Shown here: in pieces, positions 1 to 10,386 of the stretch
How the letters are laid out: every line of letters begins with the position of its first letter
Numbering within the stretch: the stretch's first letter is position 1
Sequence record: MT764207.1
Source: Escherichia phage JEP7
Length of the DNA: 52,936 nt
Reading direction: 5' to 3' (one strand)
Made by a program: the position numbers and the translations under genes
The notes under the pieces: generated by a model
Databases searched by the model: none
Seen by the model: the letters and a program-made list of their open reading frames with translations, nothing else
What the model was told of the DNA's origin: nothing

Positions 1-1449
1 ATGAATCTTGACTTTCACCTGCATGACAGACAAGGTGCCGCTCTGCGGTCTCAGGCAACTGAGATTCTGTACGGGGGTGCTGCTGGTGGTGGTAAGTCTC
101 ACCTTATGCGTGTAATGTCAATTATCATGTGTTGCATGATACCTGACTTGCAGATTTACCTTTTCCGCCGAAACTATAACGACCTTACGGCTAACCACAT
201 GGTTGGTCCCACAAGTTATCCTGCCTTGCTGGATGGTATGTGCAAAGCTGGCAAGTGCAAGATTAACTACTCTAGCAACACTATTAAATTCTGGAACGGT
301 GCGAACATCAAACTCTGTCACCTCCAGTACGAAAAAGATATTTATACCTACCAGGGTGCGGAGATTCACGTTCTGCTGATGGATGAGCTTACTCACTTCA
401 CAGAAACGATGTACCGCTTCTTGCGTAACCGTGTCCGACTCGGTGCTCTCAAAGTCCCCGAGAACTTTTTCCGGCCTCTGCCACTCATCTTTTGTGGGTC
501 AAACCCCGGTGGTGTAGGTCACAACTGGGTTAAGCGTACTTTCGTAACTGCTGCTCCTCCGATGAAAATCGTTAAGCAGGAAAAACGCGAAGGTGGTATG
601 GCGCGTCAGTACATACCAGCTAAGATGACTGATAACCCTACGTTGATGGAAAACGACCCTGATTACGGCGACCGTCTTGAAGGTCTTGGTGACCCGGCGC
701 TTGTTGCCGCGATGAAAGAAGGCGACTGGGATATTGTTGCAGGTGGTGCACTCGACGATGTATGGTCAACCAAGTGTATTCTGCCTCGTATGCGTATTCC
801 AAAAGGCTGGACTATCGAACGTTCTCTTGACTGGGGTTCTACTCACCCGTTCTCTGTTGGTATCTGGGCTATTGCAAATGGCGCTTCGCTTACAGACGAC
901 GAAGGCAATGAGTACTTTATTCCGCGTGGTTCCATTATACGTATAGCTGAATGGTATGGGTGCTCTGAAAAAGAAGCTAACAGGGGTATTAAACTTTCTG
1001 CTGCCGAAGTTGCTCAAGGTGTTCTCCGCTTACAGGAAAATCTGCAAGCTGGTGGCTGGATTCAAAGCAACGTTAATCCTGGTCCGGCTGATAGTCAAAT
1101 TTATGCGTGTAAGGAAAAAGACGTTGAGACTATCGCGAAGAAAATGGAAGACGAAGGCGTAACCTGGGTCAAGGCCGACAAGTCACAAGGTTCGAGAATA
1201 AATGGCTTAGAACTATTCCGTCAGCTTCTGAAAAATGTTAAGATGGACGAAACGGAAAAGCCGGGCATTTATTTCATGGAAAACTGTCCAGCAGCCATAA
1301 ACACGTTGCCGGTTCTGCCGCGTGACAAGAACAACACGGAAGATGTCGACACGAACTCTGAAGACCACGTATACGATGATTGTCGTTACATGGTGTTGCG
1401 TGGCATCAACCGTTATACTACCAAGCTCAAAATAAATATGGGACGGTAA
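1..1449 (+). CDS. terL: terminase large subunit
   Basis: 482 aa; N-terminal Walker A-like P-loop YGGAAGGGKS; immediately upstream of portal-sized gene; first gene of the morphogenesis block. Confidence 0.8.
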   Translation: MNLDFHLHDRQGAALRSQATEILYGGAAGGGKSHLMRVMSIIMCCMIPDLQIYLFRRNYNDLTANHMVGPTSYPALLDGMCKAGKCKINYSSNTIKFWNGANIKLCHLQYEKDIYTYQGAEIHVLLMDELTHFTETMYRFLRNRVRLGALKVPENFFRPLPLIFCGSNPGGVGHNWVKRTFVTAAPPMKIVKQEKREGGMARQYIPAKMTDNPTLMENDPDYGDRLEGLGDPALVAAMKEGDWDIVAGGALDDVWSTKCILPRMRIPKGWTIERSLDWGSTHPFSVGIWAIANGASLTDDEGNEYFIPRGSIIRIAEWYGCSEKEANRGIKLSAAEVAQGVLRLQENLQAGGWIQSNVNPGPADSQIYACKEKDVETIAKKMEDEGVTWVKADKSQGSRINGLELFRQLLKNVKMDETEKPGIYFMENCPAAINTLPVLPRDKNNTEDVDTNSEDHVYDDCRYMVLRGINRYTTKLKINMGR

Positions 1450-1450
1450 A

Positions 1451-3013
1451 ATGTCGATAACCCCAAGCAGCACGCCTAACGTCGGATACCAGCGTCCTGA
1501 GCTGACTAAGAACGCTGGTAAGTACCGAATGATTAAGGACTGCATCGAGGGTCAGGAAGCTGTTAAAGCACGCGGTGATTTTTATCTGCCTCGTCCTGAC
1601 CCTACGAACTGCACAGAAGAAAACCTGATGCGGTACAATTCGTACCTGCGTCGCGCTGTGTTCTATAACGTACTACAGCGAACTCTTTCGGGTATGACTG
1701 GCCTGGTATTCCAGCAGCAACCTGAGATGCTGATGCCTGATGATATGGAAGTGCTGAAAGTAAATATCGACGGTGCAGGTATCGGTGCTATTCAGCAAAT
1801 GCGTAAGTGCTTTAAATCAGTGCTTGCGTTTGGACGGGCAGGATTGCTGACTGACTTTCCAAAAGCACGTATCGGTGAGTTTGGTGAATCCATTGGTTTT
1901 ACACGTAAAGAACTAATGGACGGAGAAGTGCAGCCGACAGTAACGCTGTACATGCCATGGCAGATTATAAACTGGCGAGAAGAGTATCGCAACGGCAAAG
2001 TGATGCTCACTCAAGTTGTCATTTGCGAGCAAATACCGGGGGTTACTGATGGCTTTCAGCAAGACTACACACCCGTGTGGCGTCACCTTTACCTGGATGA
2101 AGAAGGCAATTGCAACCAGTCTTTGTGGGTCAATAAGGGCGACAAGAATGCGCAGAACGTCTCCGGTGGTGCGTTGTATGTCACGCAGGAAAATGTTGTC
2201 TTACGCGACTCCAATGGCTTACCGTTGAAGTTTATTCCGTTCCAGTTTATTGGTTCTGAAACAAACAGCGCTGAGATTGACCCTCCGCCGATGTACGACT
2301 TAGCTGTGCTTAATATTGCACACTACCGTAACTCTGCTGACTACGAAGAGTCATGCTTCGTAACAGGTCAACCCACAGTATGGGCGTCTGGGCTTACTGA
2401 GGCATGGGTTGAAGATGTTCTGAAGGGTGAACTGCGACTTGGTTCGTTTGGTGGTATTCCGCTGCCGGCTAACGCCGCTGTAGGTATTATCCAGACCAAC
2501 CCTAACACCCAGCCGTTTGAAGCGATGAAGCAAAAAGAAGCGCAGATGATTGCAATCGGTGCTCGACTGATTCGCGAGAACGGTAAGGTAGAACGACGCG
2601 AAGTTGAGATTAAGAACGAAGCTGCATCTGAGGCATCGCTTATCGTAACTGTTGCGCAGAACGTTGAAGCTGCTTACCGTAAGGCAATCGAATGGTGTGG
2701 TCTGTTCTACGGACACCCTAAAGAAGAGATTACGATTAACCTGAGCTACAACTTCATCTATAGCCAGTTGACGTATCAAGAACGCCAACAGCTGGTTAAC
2801 GAATGGATTGCTGGTGCTATCACGTTCAGTGAGATGCGTAGTAATCTCAAACAGGCTGGCATTGCTAAACTCACTGACGAAGAAGCCAAGAAGCTCATTG
2901 ACGAAGAGCTGGCTGAACGTGATGCACGTGAGGTAGCAAAAGAAGCAGAAAAGAACGCTCAAGCAGCTAAGAACAGCGATGGGCAGGAAAATAATCCAGA
3001 AAAAACTGAATAA
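1451..3013 (+). CDS. portal protein (putative)
   Basis: 520 aa ORF directly after terL (stop/start 1 nt apart) and before scaffold/capsid genes; acidic C-terminal tail; assignment by synteny and size. Confidence 0.55.
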   Translation: MSITPSSTPNVGYQRPELTKNAGKYRMIKDCIEGQEAVKARGDFYLPRPDPTNCTEENLMRYNSYLRRAVFYNVLQRTLSGMTGLVFQQQPEMLMPDDMEVLKVNIDGAGIGAIQQMRKCFKSVLAFGRAGLLTDFPKARIGEFGESIGFTRKELMDGEVQPTVTLYMPWQIINWREEYRNGKVMLTQVVICEQIPGVTDGFQQDYTPVWRHLYLDEEGNCNQSLWVNKGDKNAQNVSGGALYVTQENVVLRDSNGLPLKFIPFQFIGSETNSAEIDPPPMYDLAVLNIAHYRNSADYEESCFVTGQPTVWASGLTEAWVEDVLKGELRLGSFGGIPLPANAAVGIIQTNPNTQPFEAMKQKEAQMIAIGARLIRENGKVERREVEIKNEAASEASLIVTVAQNVEAAYRKAIEWCGLFYGHPKEEITINLSYNFIYSQLTYQERQQLVNEWIAGAITFSEMRSNLKQAGIAKLTDEEAKKLIDEELAERDAREVAKEAEKNAQAAKNSDGQENNPEKTE

Positions 3014-3018
3014 AGCTA

Positions 3019-3047
3019 TTTACTTTCGGTTTACCTGGCTATATAAT
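3019..3047 (+). promoter_or_regulatory. sigma70-like promoter (TTTACT-N17-TATAAT)
   Basis: -35 TTTACT at 3019-3024, 17-nt spacer, -10 TATAAT at 3042-3047, in the gap between portal and scaffold genes. Confidence 0.45.
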
Positions 3048-3190
3048 CCTTCATGTCAACCGCGCAACAGCCGGCCACGAGAGTCTGCAGGGCTCAGTGG
3101 ATTTCGGATGGCTGGCTGCGCGGTTTGACCCAAACCTGTTCAGAGCCCACTTGAGTGGATTGAGCCCCTCTCATATAGGATTGTAAAATT

Positions 3191-3904
3191 ATGGCACTTA
3201 AAACAGTTGTAACTGACCTTACCGAAGTTGATGAAGGCTTCCGTGGCCTGTATATCAAAGACGAAGCATCTGGCGCATTCCGTTTGGACGTTGAACCAGA
3301 CGAAAAAACGCTGAAAGAATTAGAAGACCTGCGCAAAGAAAAACAGCGTATGGAACAGCACACCAAAAAGCTTCTCGAAGAAAAGAAAAAAGAAGCTGAA
3401 CGTGCTCGCCTGGCTGAAGAAGAACGCGCACGTCGTGAGCGTGATGTTGAATCTCTTGAGCGCTCTATCAAAGAGAAACATCAGGCTGAACTGGAACAGT
3501 ATACTAATCGTCAGGCACAGCTGCAAGCTCAGCTGGAAGCGCAAATGGTTGATAACCTGGCGCTGAACCTGGCTAACCAACTCTCTGACACCCCGGCACT
3601 TATTATGCCACACATCAAGGCCCGACTGCGCGCTCAGGAAATTGATGGTAAGTGGCGTACTACTGTCGTGGATGTTATGGGTAACCCGACTGCTACAACG
3701 CCAGATGAACTAGTGGAACATATGCGCGCTGATAAGCAGTTTGCACCTCTTGTGCGTGGAACCAAGGCTGGCGGTGGCGGTGCCAACGGCGGCGGAGCTA
3801 ATCCTGGTGGGAACGGCGGTGGCGAACAGCACACTTTCGGAGGCGGGGACGACCGCATAGCACGTGCTCGTGCTAAAATCCAAAACACACAATGGGGCAA
3901 ATAA
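3191..3904 (+). CDS. scaffolding protein (putative)
   Basis: 237 aa, highly charged coiled-coil-like (EEKKKEAERARLAEEERARRERD), Gly-rich C-terminus, located between portal and major capsid genes. Confidence 0.5.
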   Translation: MALKTVVTDLTEVDEGFRGLYIKDEASGAFRLDVEPDEKTLKELEDLRKEKQRMEQHTKKLLEEKKKEAERARLAEEERARRERDVESLERSIKEKHQAELEQYTNRQAQLQAQLEAQMVDNLALNLANQLSDTPALIMPHIKARLRAQEIDGKWRTTVVDVMGNPTATTPDELVEHMRADKQFAPLVRGTKAGGGGANGGGANPGGNGGGEQHTFGGGDDRIARARAKIQNTQWGK

Positions 3905-3907
3905 GTT

Positions 3908-4885
3908 ATGTCACTGTATATTTTTAACGAACAAGTACGTTCTACCGCCACCGAACTGGTCGACCAGGACGTACAGAAGTTTAACGAAGCTTCTGCTGGT
4001 ACCCTTATCCTGGGTAACCAGTACGTAATCGGTGATTACGTTGAGCAGGCAATGTGGCAGCTGGTTGACGGTATCGCTACTCGTCGTAACGCTTACGCAG
4101 GCACCAACAAAGTTGATGCGCAGACTCTGGGCCAGATTCTGGACCGCTCTGTTAAGATCGACGGCCGTGTTGGTCCTCTGAACATTACCGGTACTATGAT
4201 GCGTCGCATCGGTGCAGGTGATACTGAACCAGCAGCTGTTGTTGCTGCACAGGCTTCTGCTGCGATGTTCCAGGATTACCTGAACACCACTGCTGCATGT
4301 CTGGTAGCTGCTATCGGTGCAAACGCTGATGTTGTTCTGGACGTAACTGCAGGCTCTGGTGCTGCTGCAAACATCACCATGCAGAACCTGAACAAAGTCA
4401 ACGCGAAGATGGGTGACCGTTCTCAGCAGATTCGTGCGTACATCATGCACTCTACTGCGTTCCACTCCCTCATCGACCAGGCTATCAACAACACAGAACA
4501 CCTGTTCCAGATTGGTGACCTGAACGTGTACAAAGACTTCCTGGGTCGTCGTTATGTCGTTTCCGACATCCCGGCTCTGGTTGATGGCGCCGGTGCTTCC
4601 GCTAAGTACCGCACTCTGGGTCTGACCCCGTCTGCTGCAATCGTTCAGGTCGGCGGCCTGTACGACATGGTTACCTCCGAGCAAACCGGTGGTGAAAACA
4701 TCCTGCGTCAGATGCAGGGTGAATACGACTTCAACGTGTCGCTGAAAGGCTACAGCTGGGTCGGTCACAAAGCTGGTCAGTCTCCGACTGATGAAGACCT
4801 GGCTGCTCAGGCTTCCTGGTCTAAAGTTGCAACTTCCAACAAAGACACCGCTGGTGTTATGTTGCTGGCTAAGTCTGCAATCTAA
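3908..4885 (+). CDS. major capsid protein (putative)
   Basis: 325 aa, follows scaffold gene by 3 nt; strong intrinsic terminator immediately downstream; assignment by synteny. Confidence 0.6.
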   Translation: MSLYIFNEQVRSTATELVDQDVQKFNEASAGTLILGNQYVIGDYVEQAMWQLVDGIATRRNAYAGTNKVDAQTLGQILDRSVKIDGRVGPLNITGTMMRRIGAGDTEPAAVVAAQASAAMFQDYLNTTAACLVAAIGANADVVLDVTAGSGAAANITMQNLNKVNAKMGDRSQQIRAYIMHSTAFHSLIDQAINNTEHLFQIGDLNVYKDFLGRRYVVSDIPALVDGAGASAKYRTLGLTPSAAIVQVGGLYDMVTSEQTGGENILRQMQGEYDFNVSLKGYSWVGHKAGQSPTDEDLAAQASWSKVATSNKDTAGVMLLAKSAI

Positions 4886-4907
4886 CCCACAAACGGGACT
4901 AACAAAA

Positions 4908-4937
4908 GGCGAGCTGACGAGCTCGCCTTTTTTATTT
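4908..4937 (+). terminator. rho-independent terminator
   Basis: GGCGAGC-TGACGA-GCTCGCC hairpin (4908-4927) followed by TTTTTTATTT. Confidence 0.75.
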
Positions 4938-4963
4938 ACACGTATAAAGTTCTGGTATATAAT
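4935..4963 (+). promoter_or_regulatory. sigma70-like promoter (TTTACA-N17-TATAAT)
   Basis: -35 TTTACA 4935-4940, -10 TATAAT 4958-4963; 27 nt upstream of ATG at 4990. Confidence 0.5.
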
Positions 4964-4989
4964 CGGACTAAACTTGCTGGAGGCTTTCT

Positions 4990-5490
4990 ATGGCATACAC
5001 ACTTGTTGTGGAAGACGGTTCAATTGTTCCGGGTGCTAACTCGTATGTTAGCGCTGCAGAAGTAGACGAGTTTATCACTAACGAAGGTATTCTCATTCAG
5101 CCAGGAACTGACCCGTATTACCAGGCTGCCAAAGCAGCTATTCGACTTGATAACCAGTTTAACTGGCTAGGTCGTAAGGTCAGCAAAACACAGAGCATGG
5201 CTTGGCCCCGTACAGGTCTCGGTGCGTGCAATGTTGATATAGCGGAATCTGTAATTCCGCGAGAAGTTAAGCTGGCACAGCTTTATATGCTGGCTAGCGT
5301 ATTGAGCTACGACGGCGAGGAAGGTGTACGCGGTGACCAGGCTTTGCGCCGTAAGAAAGTTGGTAACCTGGAGATTGAATACTTCGACTCCAAGTCAGGT
5401 GTTACCGGTGCAACTGACCTTTGGACTTCAGACGTCAAGGTCATGCTCAAGCACCTTGTGGGTGCATCACTGAGAACGCGGAGAGTATAA
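4990..5490 (+). CDS. head-tail connector / head completion protein (putative)
   Basis: 166 aa ORF with GGAGG RBS, first gene after capsid terminator; function by position only. Confidence 0.35.
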   Translation: MAYTLVVEDGSIVPGANSYVSAAEVDEFITNEGILIQPGTDPYYQAAKAAIRLDNQFNWLGRKVSKTQSMAWPRTGLGACNVDIAESVIPREVKLAQLYMLASVLSYDGEEGVRGDQALRRKKVGNLEIEYFDSKSGVTGATDLWTSDVKVMLKHLVGASLRTRRV

Positions 5491-5978
5491 TGATTCGCAT
5501 ACGCCTTTACCGTCGTGACAAACAAAAGTTCGAGTTCACCTACCGTGCCTTTAAGTCATTCGAAGGTCAAGGCGTATCAGTAGGTGTTCACCCAGAACAT
5601 AACAGACGCGTAAACCCTAGAGATCGTATAACAAACGCTGAGCTTGCAATGGTGCATGAATACGGTCTTAACGGTCTACCAGAACGAAGCTTTCTTCGTA
5701 GCGCTGTTGGCGGTAGGGGTAAAGGTCGACAGGCGATAAACAAAGCTTTCCGTGATAACGTGCCTGCCGTTCTTAGAGGAAGTATGACTGCCCATGAACT
5801 TAACGACAGAATAGGCCGTATGCTTGTCGATGCTGTTCACGACAGAATGGACAGTGACGTGCCACCTCCTAACACCGAGCTGACAGAAGAACGCAAGCGC
5901 GGACCTGGTACACTTAGAGAATCTATGCAATTGTATGATTCGATAGGTTACAAGGTTGGCAGAAACTGGAGGCTATAA
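5490..5978 (+). CDS. neck / head-tail joining protein (putative)
   Basis: ATG at 5490 overlaps upstream stop (TAATG), RBS GAGAG; track ORF 5421-5978 trimmed to this start. Confidence 0.3.
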   Translation: MIRIRLYRRDKQKFEFTYRAFKSFEGQGVSVGVHPEHNRRVNPRDRITNAELAMVHEYGLNGLPERSFLRSAVGGRGKGRQAINKAFRDNVPAVLRGSMTAHELNDRIGRMLVDAVHDRMDSDVPPPNTELTEERKRGPGTLRESMQLYDSIGYKVGRNWRL

Positions 5979-6355
5979 TGCTCAAGATAACTTCGCTAAT
6001 GAAGGATAAGTCCTTTGTGGCATTAACAGATGTTCTTCTCCGAAATGATTCGCGCTTACCAAACGGTGACTTCGAAGACGAATATACAGCTGCAAAGTAT
6101 CTGTGTAATATTCAACCTGGTGCAGCTACCAACCAGCCTAACCTGTTGACTAAAGACGATGGCGAGCATGAGTTCCCACGTATTGCGATATACTGTGGAC
6201 AAGAGCTGAAGCTCGGAGACTTCGTTATATACGAAGACCAGCCATACCGTGTATTCCGTATCGACCCATGGAGTCGTCATGGCCACTACTACGTTACAGC
6301 AATTCTACATAAAGGACCTCAGGGAGCTCGTTCAGAAGCTTTTACCATTACCTGA
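5978..6355 (+). CDS. hypothetical virion protein
   Basis: 125 aa; ATG overlaps upstream stop (TAATG), RBS GGAGG. Confidence 0.3.
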   Translation: MLKITSLMKDKSFVALTDVLLRNDSRLPNGDFEDEYTAAKYLCNIQPGAATNQPNLLTKDDGEHEFPRIAIYCGQELKLGDFVIYEDQPYRVFRIDPWSRHGHYYVTAILHKGPQGARSEAFTIT

Positions 6356-6806
6356 CGGGACATGTATTATTGGTGAAGAGTCTGGTACAGTTGACGGTAG
6401 TCCGTATGTTTACTTGCGCCCTGGCGACGCATATGACTTCGGACCTCCTCGAACCAGACAAGGCGCTGACGGCTTTGAGTACGTCAGTAAGCCTATGATG
6501 ACATCTGTACGTATTACAGCTGTCGGTAAGAATGCTGCTGAGCTAATGCGTAAGCTACACATAGCACTAGGTAGTTCACCAGCTAAGCAGTTTAACCGTT
6601 TACGACATTATGCAATAACCAAAATATCGAAGATTGATAATGTCGGTGGTGCTATCGGTGCAGGCTATGCCCAGAAGTCAATGATGACTGTTGACATTAG
6701 CTATGTGCATAAAGTTAAGATTGAGCAACCGTACATCTACAAGGTTGACATCACTTGTATGGATGATAACGGTAACAAAGCGACTGGTACAGTAGAGGAA
6801 CCGTAA
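6279..6806 (+). CDS. hypothetical virion protein
   Basis: ATG at 6279 preceded by GGAG; track ORF begins at a GTG at 6249; overlaps upstream gene. Confidence 0.3.
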   Translation: MATTTLQQFYIKDLRELVQKLLPLPDGTCIIGEESGTVDGSPYVYLRPGDAYDFGPPRTRQGADGFEYVSKPMMTSVRITAVGKNAAELMRKLHIALGSSPAKQFNRLRHYAITKISKIDNVGGAIGAGYAQKSMMTVDISYVHKVKIEQPYIYKVDITCMDDNGNKATGTVEEP

Positions 6807-7429
6807 TGGCAACTGGAGTAGACCCGGAACTGCAAGCGCAGCTGGATAAGCTAACAACTGCTGTCCAGCTCATTCATGACTTCGGTATGTCAGACGACCC
6901 AAACATCCCTAACCCGGAAGGTGGTGTCATACGCACACTCGAAGGCATTAACGCTGCAATTAACGAAGCTATACCAAACTTTGAAAATGCTAACGAAGCT
7001 GCTATCCAGGCGCGCGCTGCTCGTGATGTAGCTATTGCAGCCAAAGAAGCTGCAGAAACCGCAGCTGAACAGGCTACAGTATCTTCGACGTCAGCAATCT
7101 ATGAGTATGGCAATGTTGCAAGTGCAGCTACCGTAACTATACCTGCTGCATCTAAAACAATTGTTAGCATTACCCTTAATCAGCCAAACACCGTAATTAA
7201 TATCGGTAATGTATCTGACCCGTCTACTGTTGCGCGTCAGATTACTATTGCTATTAAGCAAGGTACTGGTTCTAACAAGGTGACCGCTTGGGATCCCAGA
7301 ATAAAATGGGCCAACAACAGGAAGCCCGTTCTGTCATTCCTTGTGGGTTACACAGATGTTGTTACGTTGCTGACCTTTGACTCAGGCGCAACTTGGATGG
7401 GTTTCTTTAACGGTGGATGGATTAAATAA
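6806..7429 (+). CDS. hypothetical virion protein
   Basis: 207 aa, Ala-rich helical N-terminal half; start overlaps upstream stop. Confidence 0.3.
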   Translation: MATGVDPELQAQLDKLTTAVQLIHDFGMSDDPNIPNPEGGVIRTLEGINAAINEAIPNFENANEAAIQARAARDVAIAAKEAAETAAEQATVSSTSAIYEYGNVASAATVTIPAASKTIVSITLNQPNTVINIGNVSDPSTVARQITIAIKQGTGSNKVTAWDPRIKWANNRKPVLSFLVGYTDVVTLLTFDSGATWMGFFNGGWIK

Positions 7430-10386
7430 TGCACACGATGTTGCTTAAAGACGGATCAGACCATCGAGCTAATGTCGAAAGCCTTATCGAAGGTCACCAC
7501 CATTTTCTTGAGCGCAATACTGGTAGAACTGACGACGCTACGCGTCAGCACTATATCTTCAACCCAGAAGGAGTAGTGTCGAACAACCGCCATTTTATTG
7601 CGCACACTATGATGGAGTACCAGCCTAACGGTGATGCTCCGTCTGAAAGTCAGTCGCTGCTGATACTCGGCGAAATTCACGCGTACCTTGCTACTAAGGA
7701 ACAGCGGTATCTGGACAAAGCAATTGAGTACTTCAATGCTTACGTCAAGTACTATTACGAGGGGGACCCAATCCCTGATACTCCTCGACGCTGGATCGCT
7801 AACTGGCTTTGTAATGGCAAAGAGCCTGTGCTAGCCAGCTTCCCGATCAACCCTGATTCACCAACACAGGGCGGCTATAAAAATGTGCCTGTTAAATTTG
7901 TTAACGGCAAAGCACAAATCCCTCATGGTTCTCCTTTCTGGGGCGAGTACCTGGATGTTGCTACTTGGGCCCACAGGGGGCACATGGCTTGGCCTGCTAT
8001 TAATGGTGGTGTCCGTGTTATTAAAAATAAAGTTGACTGGGACGATATTTACAACAATTATCGCATCACTACCATGCCAGCTGACCCGTGGAATCAGTTA
8101 GCCTGGATTGACTGGCCGAGGTATCTGGGTGAACCAAGCTACACTGTGGACTGGTCAGCTGCTGAACCTCCTGTACATCTCATCGAGTATATTGTTGCAT
8201 GGACCAATAACAAGATTGGTGTTCTGCCTGGCAAAAACGATGAGCTATGGGGAGGCGAGATTCTTGAGACTGGACTGCCTGACTCTCGTAGAGGTGAGAT
8301 TCAACTCCGTGACCACACTGTTAACGGTGTGTATCTGCTTAACTATGCCGTTAAGCTTCCTGTTGAACACGGTGGTTATTTGCTTAAGCGAAATGAAGTA
8401 TGGCACAACAGACCGGTAAACGTTCCATTGTACGGTGAGCTTCAACGCGGTAATGCTGCTGATGCTGAGTTGTGGTTCTGTGACTGCTGCTATATGCTGT
8501 GGCGAATTACTAACGAGCAAAAGTATTACAACGCTTGGCGAGCTGTCCTGTTTACACTGGAGGAGTATATTGATATTGATAAACAAGACCAGTTCTTCAG
8601 ACAAGACCCTCACGCGTCGTCTCCGTTTACTGATGGTATCTCTTATGATTGGACTTATCCTGAACTGGCACAAGCTATATATTCACGTGATGAAAATGGT
8701 TATATAGTTCTACGTCAGAACCAAAAAGCTCAATCATCTCTGGAGCAACAGGCTGTATGGTTTAAGTGTAAGCCAACAGCTAAGATACGTACCGAGGTTG
8801 GTGGTAAAGATGACGCTGGTCAGAATATCAGTGTCAAGGTGGAAATGTACATGAACCGTGAAAAGGTTGACGTCGAGCAAAACGTCTATCGTTTTGTCAC
8901 ACAGCTACCTGCTCTTGGTGCTTCTCCTGCTAACTACGACATTCCGTTAAGCGATTTTGTCGCAGGTACTAAGCCAGACGGTTCTGAGTATATCTTAGCT
9001 GATATTCGTTCATCCACTGATTATGGTAATGCCACTATTGCAGTGTCTTATCGTACTGACATACTCGACAACAGACGTGGCAACACTGTTCGTATGACTA
9101 TACCTGATAGTTCGTCAGGTGCCATTATAGGCTTTTGGTTACTGGAATCTTCCCAGGCACCTTTAAACTCGCTGACGTATACTTCTACAGGTCCGTTGTA
9201 CATCAAAGTAACTGACGCGCAAGGCTGGAGCTGGGTACGTGATTTACCTGCCGCATCAGGCTGGGTAACTCAGCAGATTCGTACATGGGAGTTCAGGCTG
9301 GCGTCATACCAGGAAAACCCAGGTACACCACCTACCAGCCCACAATTCGGCGAGATTAAGCAGTTCTCGTTTGTACTGCCTGACGGCGTTAATACGTCGA
9401 CAAGTATTAGCTGGTACTGTGTGAATGATGTTCCGCCTCGCTATAACTGGCCAATTGGTTACACGATTAAGTATCGTCTTACTTTCTCGGCTGATAACCC
9501 GTACACAGCTAAGCTAGGTGACTGTACTGTGCTGGACTATGAGAACGATAACCTTGCATATACGCCTGGTGTTATTCCGTTCTCCAACATTTATAACCCT
9601 GATTCTCAGCAGTTTGACGGCTGGCATGGTCTACCTTACCCTGGTTATCAGTATCCGTTTGTCTTTACGCATGATGATACTGCGGCTGGTACGACCAGAC
9701 TTAACAACATGGTTAACTTCTTATACGATTCTCAGCAATGGTACTTTAAGAAGTTTGGCCAGCTAGGTCCTGGCGCATCTGCTTTTATCTGGAACCGTTG
9801 GGATAACTTTAAATACGGTGTACCTGATACATTTACCATGTATCACTGGGGCAACGGTAGTGCATGGTCAGGTTACCAGCCTCGTGCTTACTTCTCCGCA
9901 GCACGTGGATGGTATGAGCTAGTAAACCGTGGTAAGCCGGTTCCGAGTAAGCTTATTGCTTACGTGGATAACTGGTCAAAATGGTTGCTTGACTTCATGG
10001 AAAGGTCAGGAGGTGTGTCACCTTCTAACTTCCCGCAAGAAGGTGTTGCTCTGCCAGTCCCTTCAGACTTCACAGGTCACATGTGTGGACTATGGCTTGC
10101 TGGAGCAGCTATGTCAGCCCTTTGTGGGTCAACAGTATCAGGACTTGATAAGCTGATGGATATGCTTGTCAATGAGCTAGAAGACCACTATGACCTAACT
10201 GGTATTCCGGGGCATGTAATGGATGGTGGTTGGTCGCCAGCGTTACGCCTTGAAACTGGTACAGGACCTGAAAGCAACGCCATGTACTATGGTTTTTACT
10301 CTGGCGAAATATTACGAGGGTTGGGCTTATACCTGCTATACAAAAACAAAGGGGCTAAAGCAGATATTTATGATTTAGGCCCGTAA
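7429..10386 (+). CDS. large Trp/Tyr-rich virion-associated protein, possibly carbohydrate-active
   Basis: 985 aa single ORF, very rich in W/Y/N/D/G; lies between neck genes and Ig-like proteins; no P-loop or other motif recognised. Confidence 0.3.
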   Translation: MHTMLLKDGSDHRANVESLIEGHHHFLERNTGRTDDATRQHYIFNPEGVVSNNRHFIAHTMMEYQPNGDAPSESQSLLILGEIHAYLATKEQRYLDKAIEYFNAYVKYYYEGDPIPDTPRRWIANWLCNGKEPVLASFPINPDSPTQGGYKNVPVKFVNGKAQIPHGSPFWGEYLDVATWAHRGHMAWPAINGGVRVIKNKVDWDDIYNNYRITTMPADPWNQLAWIDWPRYLGEPSYTVDWSAAEPPVHLIEYIVAWTNNKIGVLPGKNDELWGGEILETGLPDSRRGEIQLRDHTVNGVYLLNYAVKLPVEHGGYLLKRNEVWHNRPVNVPLYGELQRGNAADAELWFCDCCYMLWRITNEQKYYNAWRAVLFTLEEYIDIDKQDQFFRQDPHASSPFTDGISYDWTYPELAQAIYSRDENGYIVLRQNQKAQSSLEQQAVWFKCKPTAKIRTEVGGKDDAGQNISVKVEMYMNREKVDVEQNVYRFVTQLPALGASPANYDIPLSDFVAGTKPDGSEYILADIRSSTDYGNATIAVSYRTDILDNRRGNTVRMTIPDSSSGAIIGFWLLESSQAPLNSLTYTSTGPLYIKVTDAQGWSWVRDLPAASGWVTQQIRTWEFRLASYQENPGTPPTSPQFGEIKQFSFVLPDGVNTSTSISWYCVNDVPPRYNWPIGYTIKYRLTFSADNPYTAKLGDCTVLDYENDNLAYTPGVIPFSNIYNPDSQQFDGWHGLPYPGYQYPFVFTHDDTAAGTTRLNNMVNFLYDSQQWYFKKFGQLGPGASAFIWNRWDNFKYGVPDTFTMYHWGNGSAWSGYQPRAYFSAARGWYELVNRGKPVPSKLIAYVDNWSKWLLDFMERSGGVSPSNFPQEGVALPVPSDFTGHMCGLWLAGAAMSALCGSTVSGLDKLMDMLVNELEDHYDLTGIPGHVMDGGWSPALRLETGTGPESNAMYYGFYSGEILRGLGLYLLYKNKGAKADIYDLGP

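Noticed and set aside
3634-3951. 105-aa minus-strand Pro-rich ORF
   Set aside because: Antisense to the Gly-rich C-terminus of the scaffold gene; repeat-induced artefact.
3911-4768. 285-aa minus-strand ORF
   Set aside because: Fully antisense to the major capsid gene, which has the stronger signals (RBS, terminator, codon choice).
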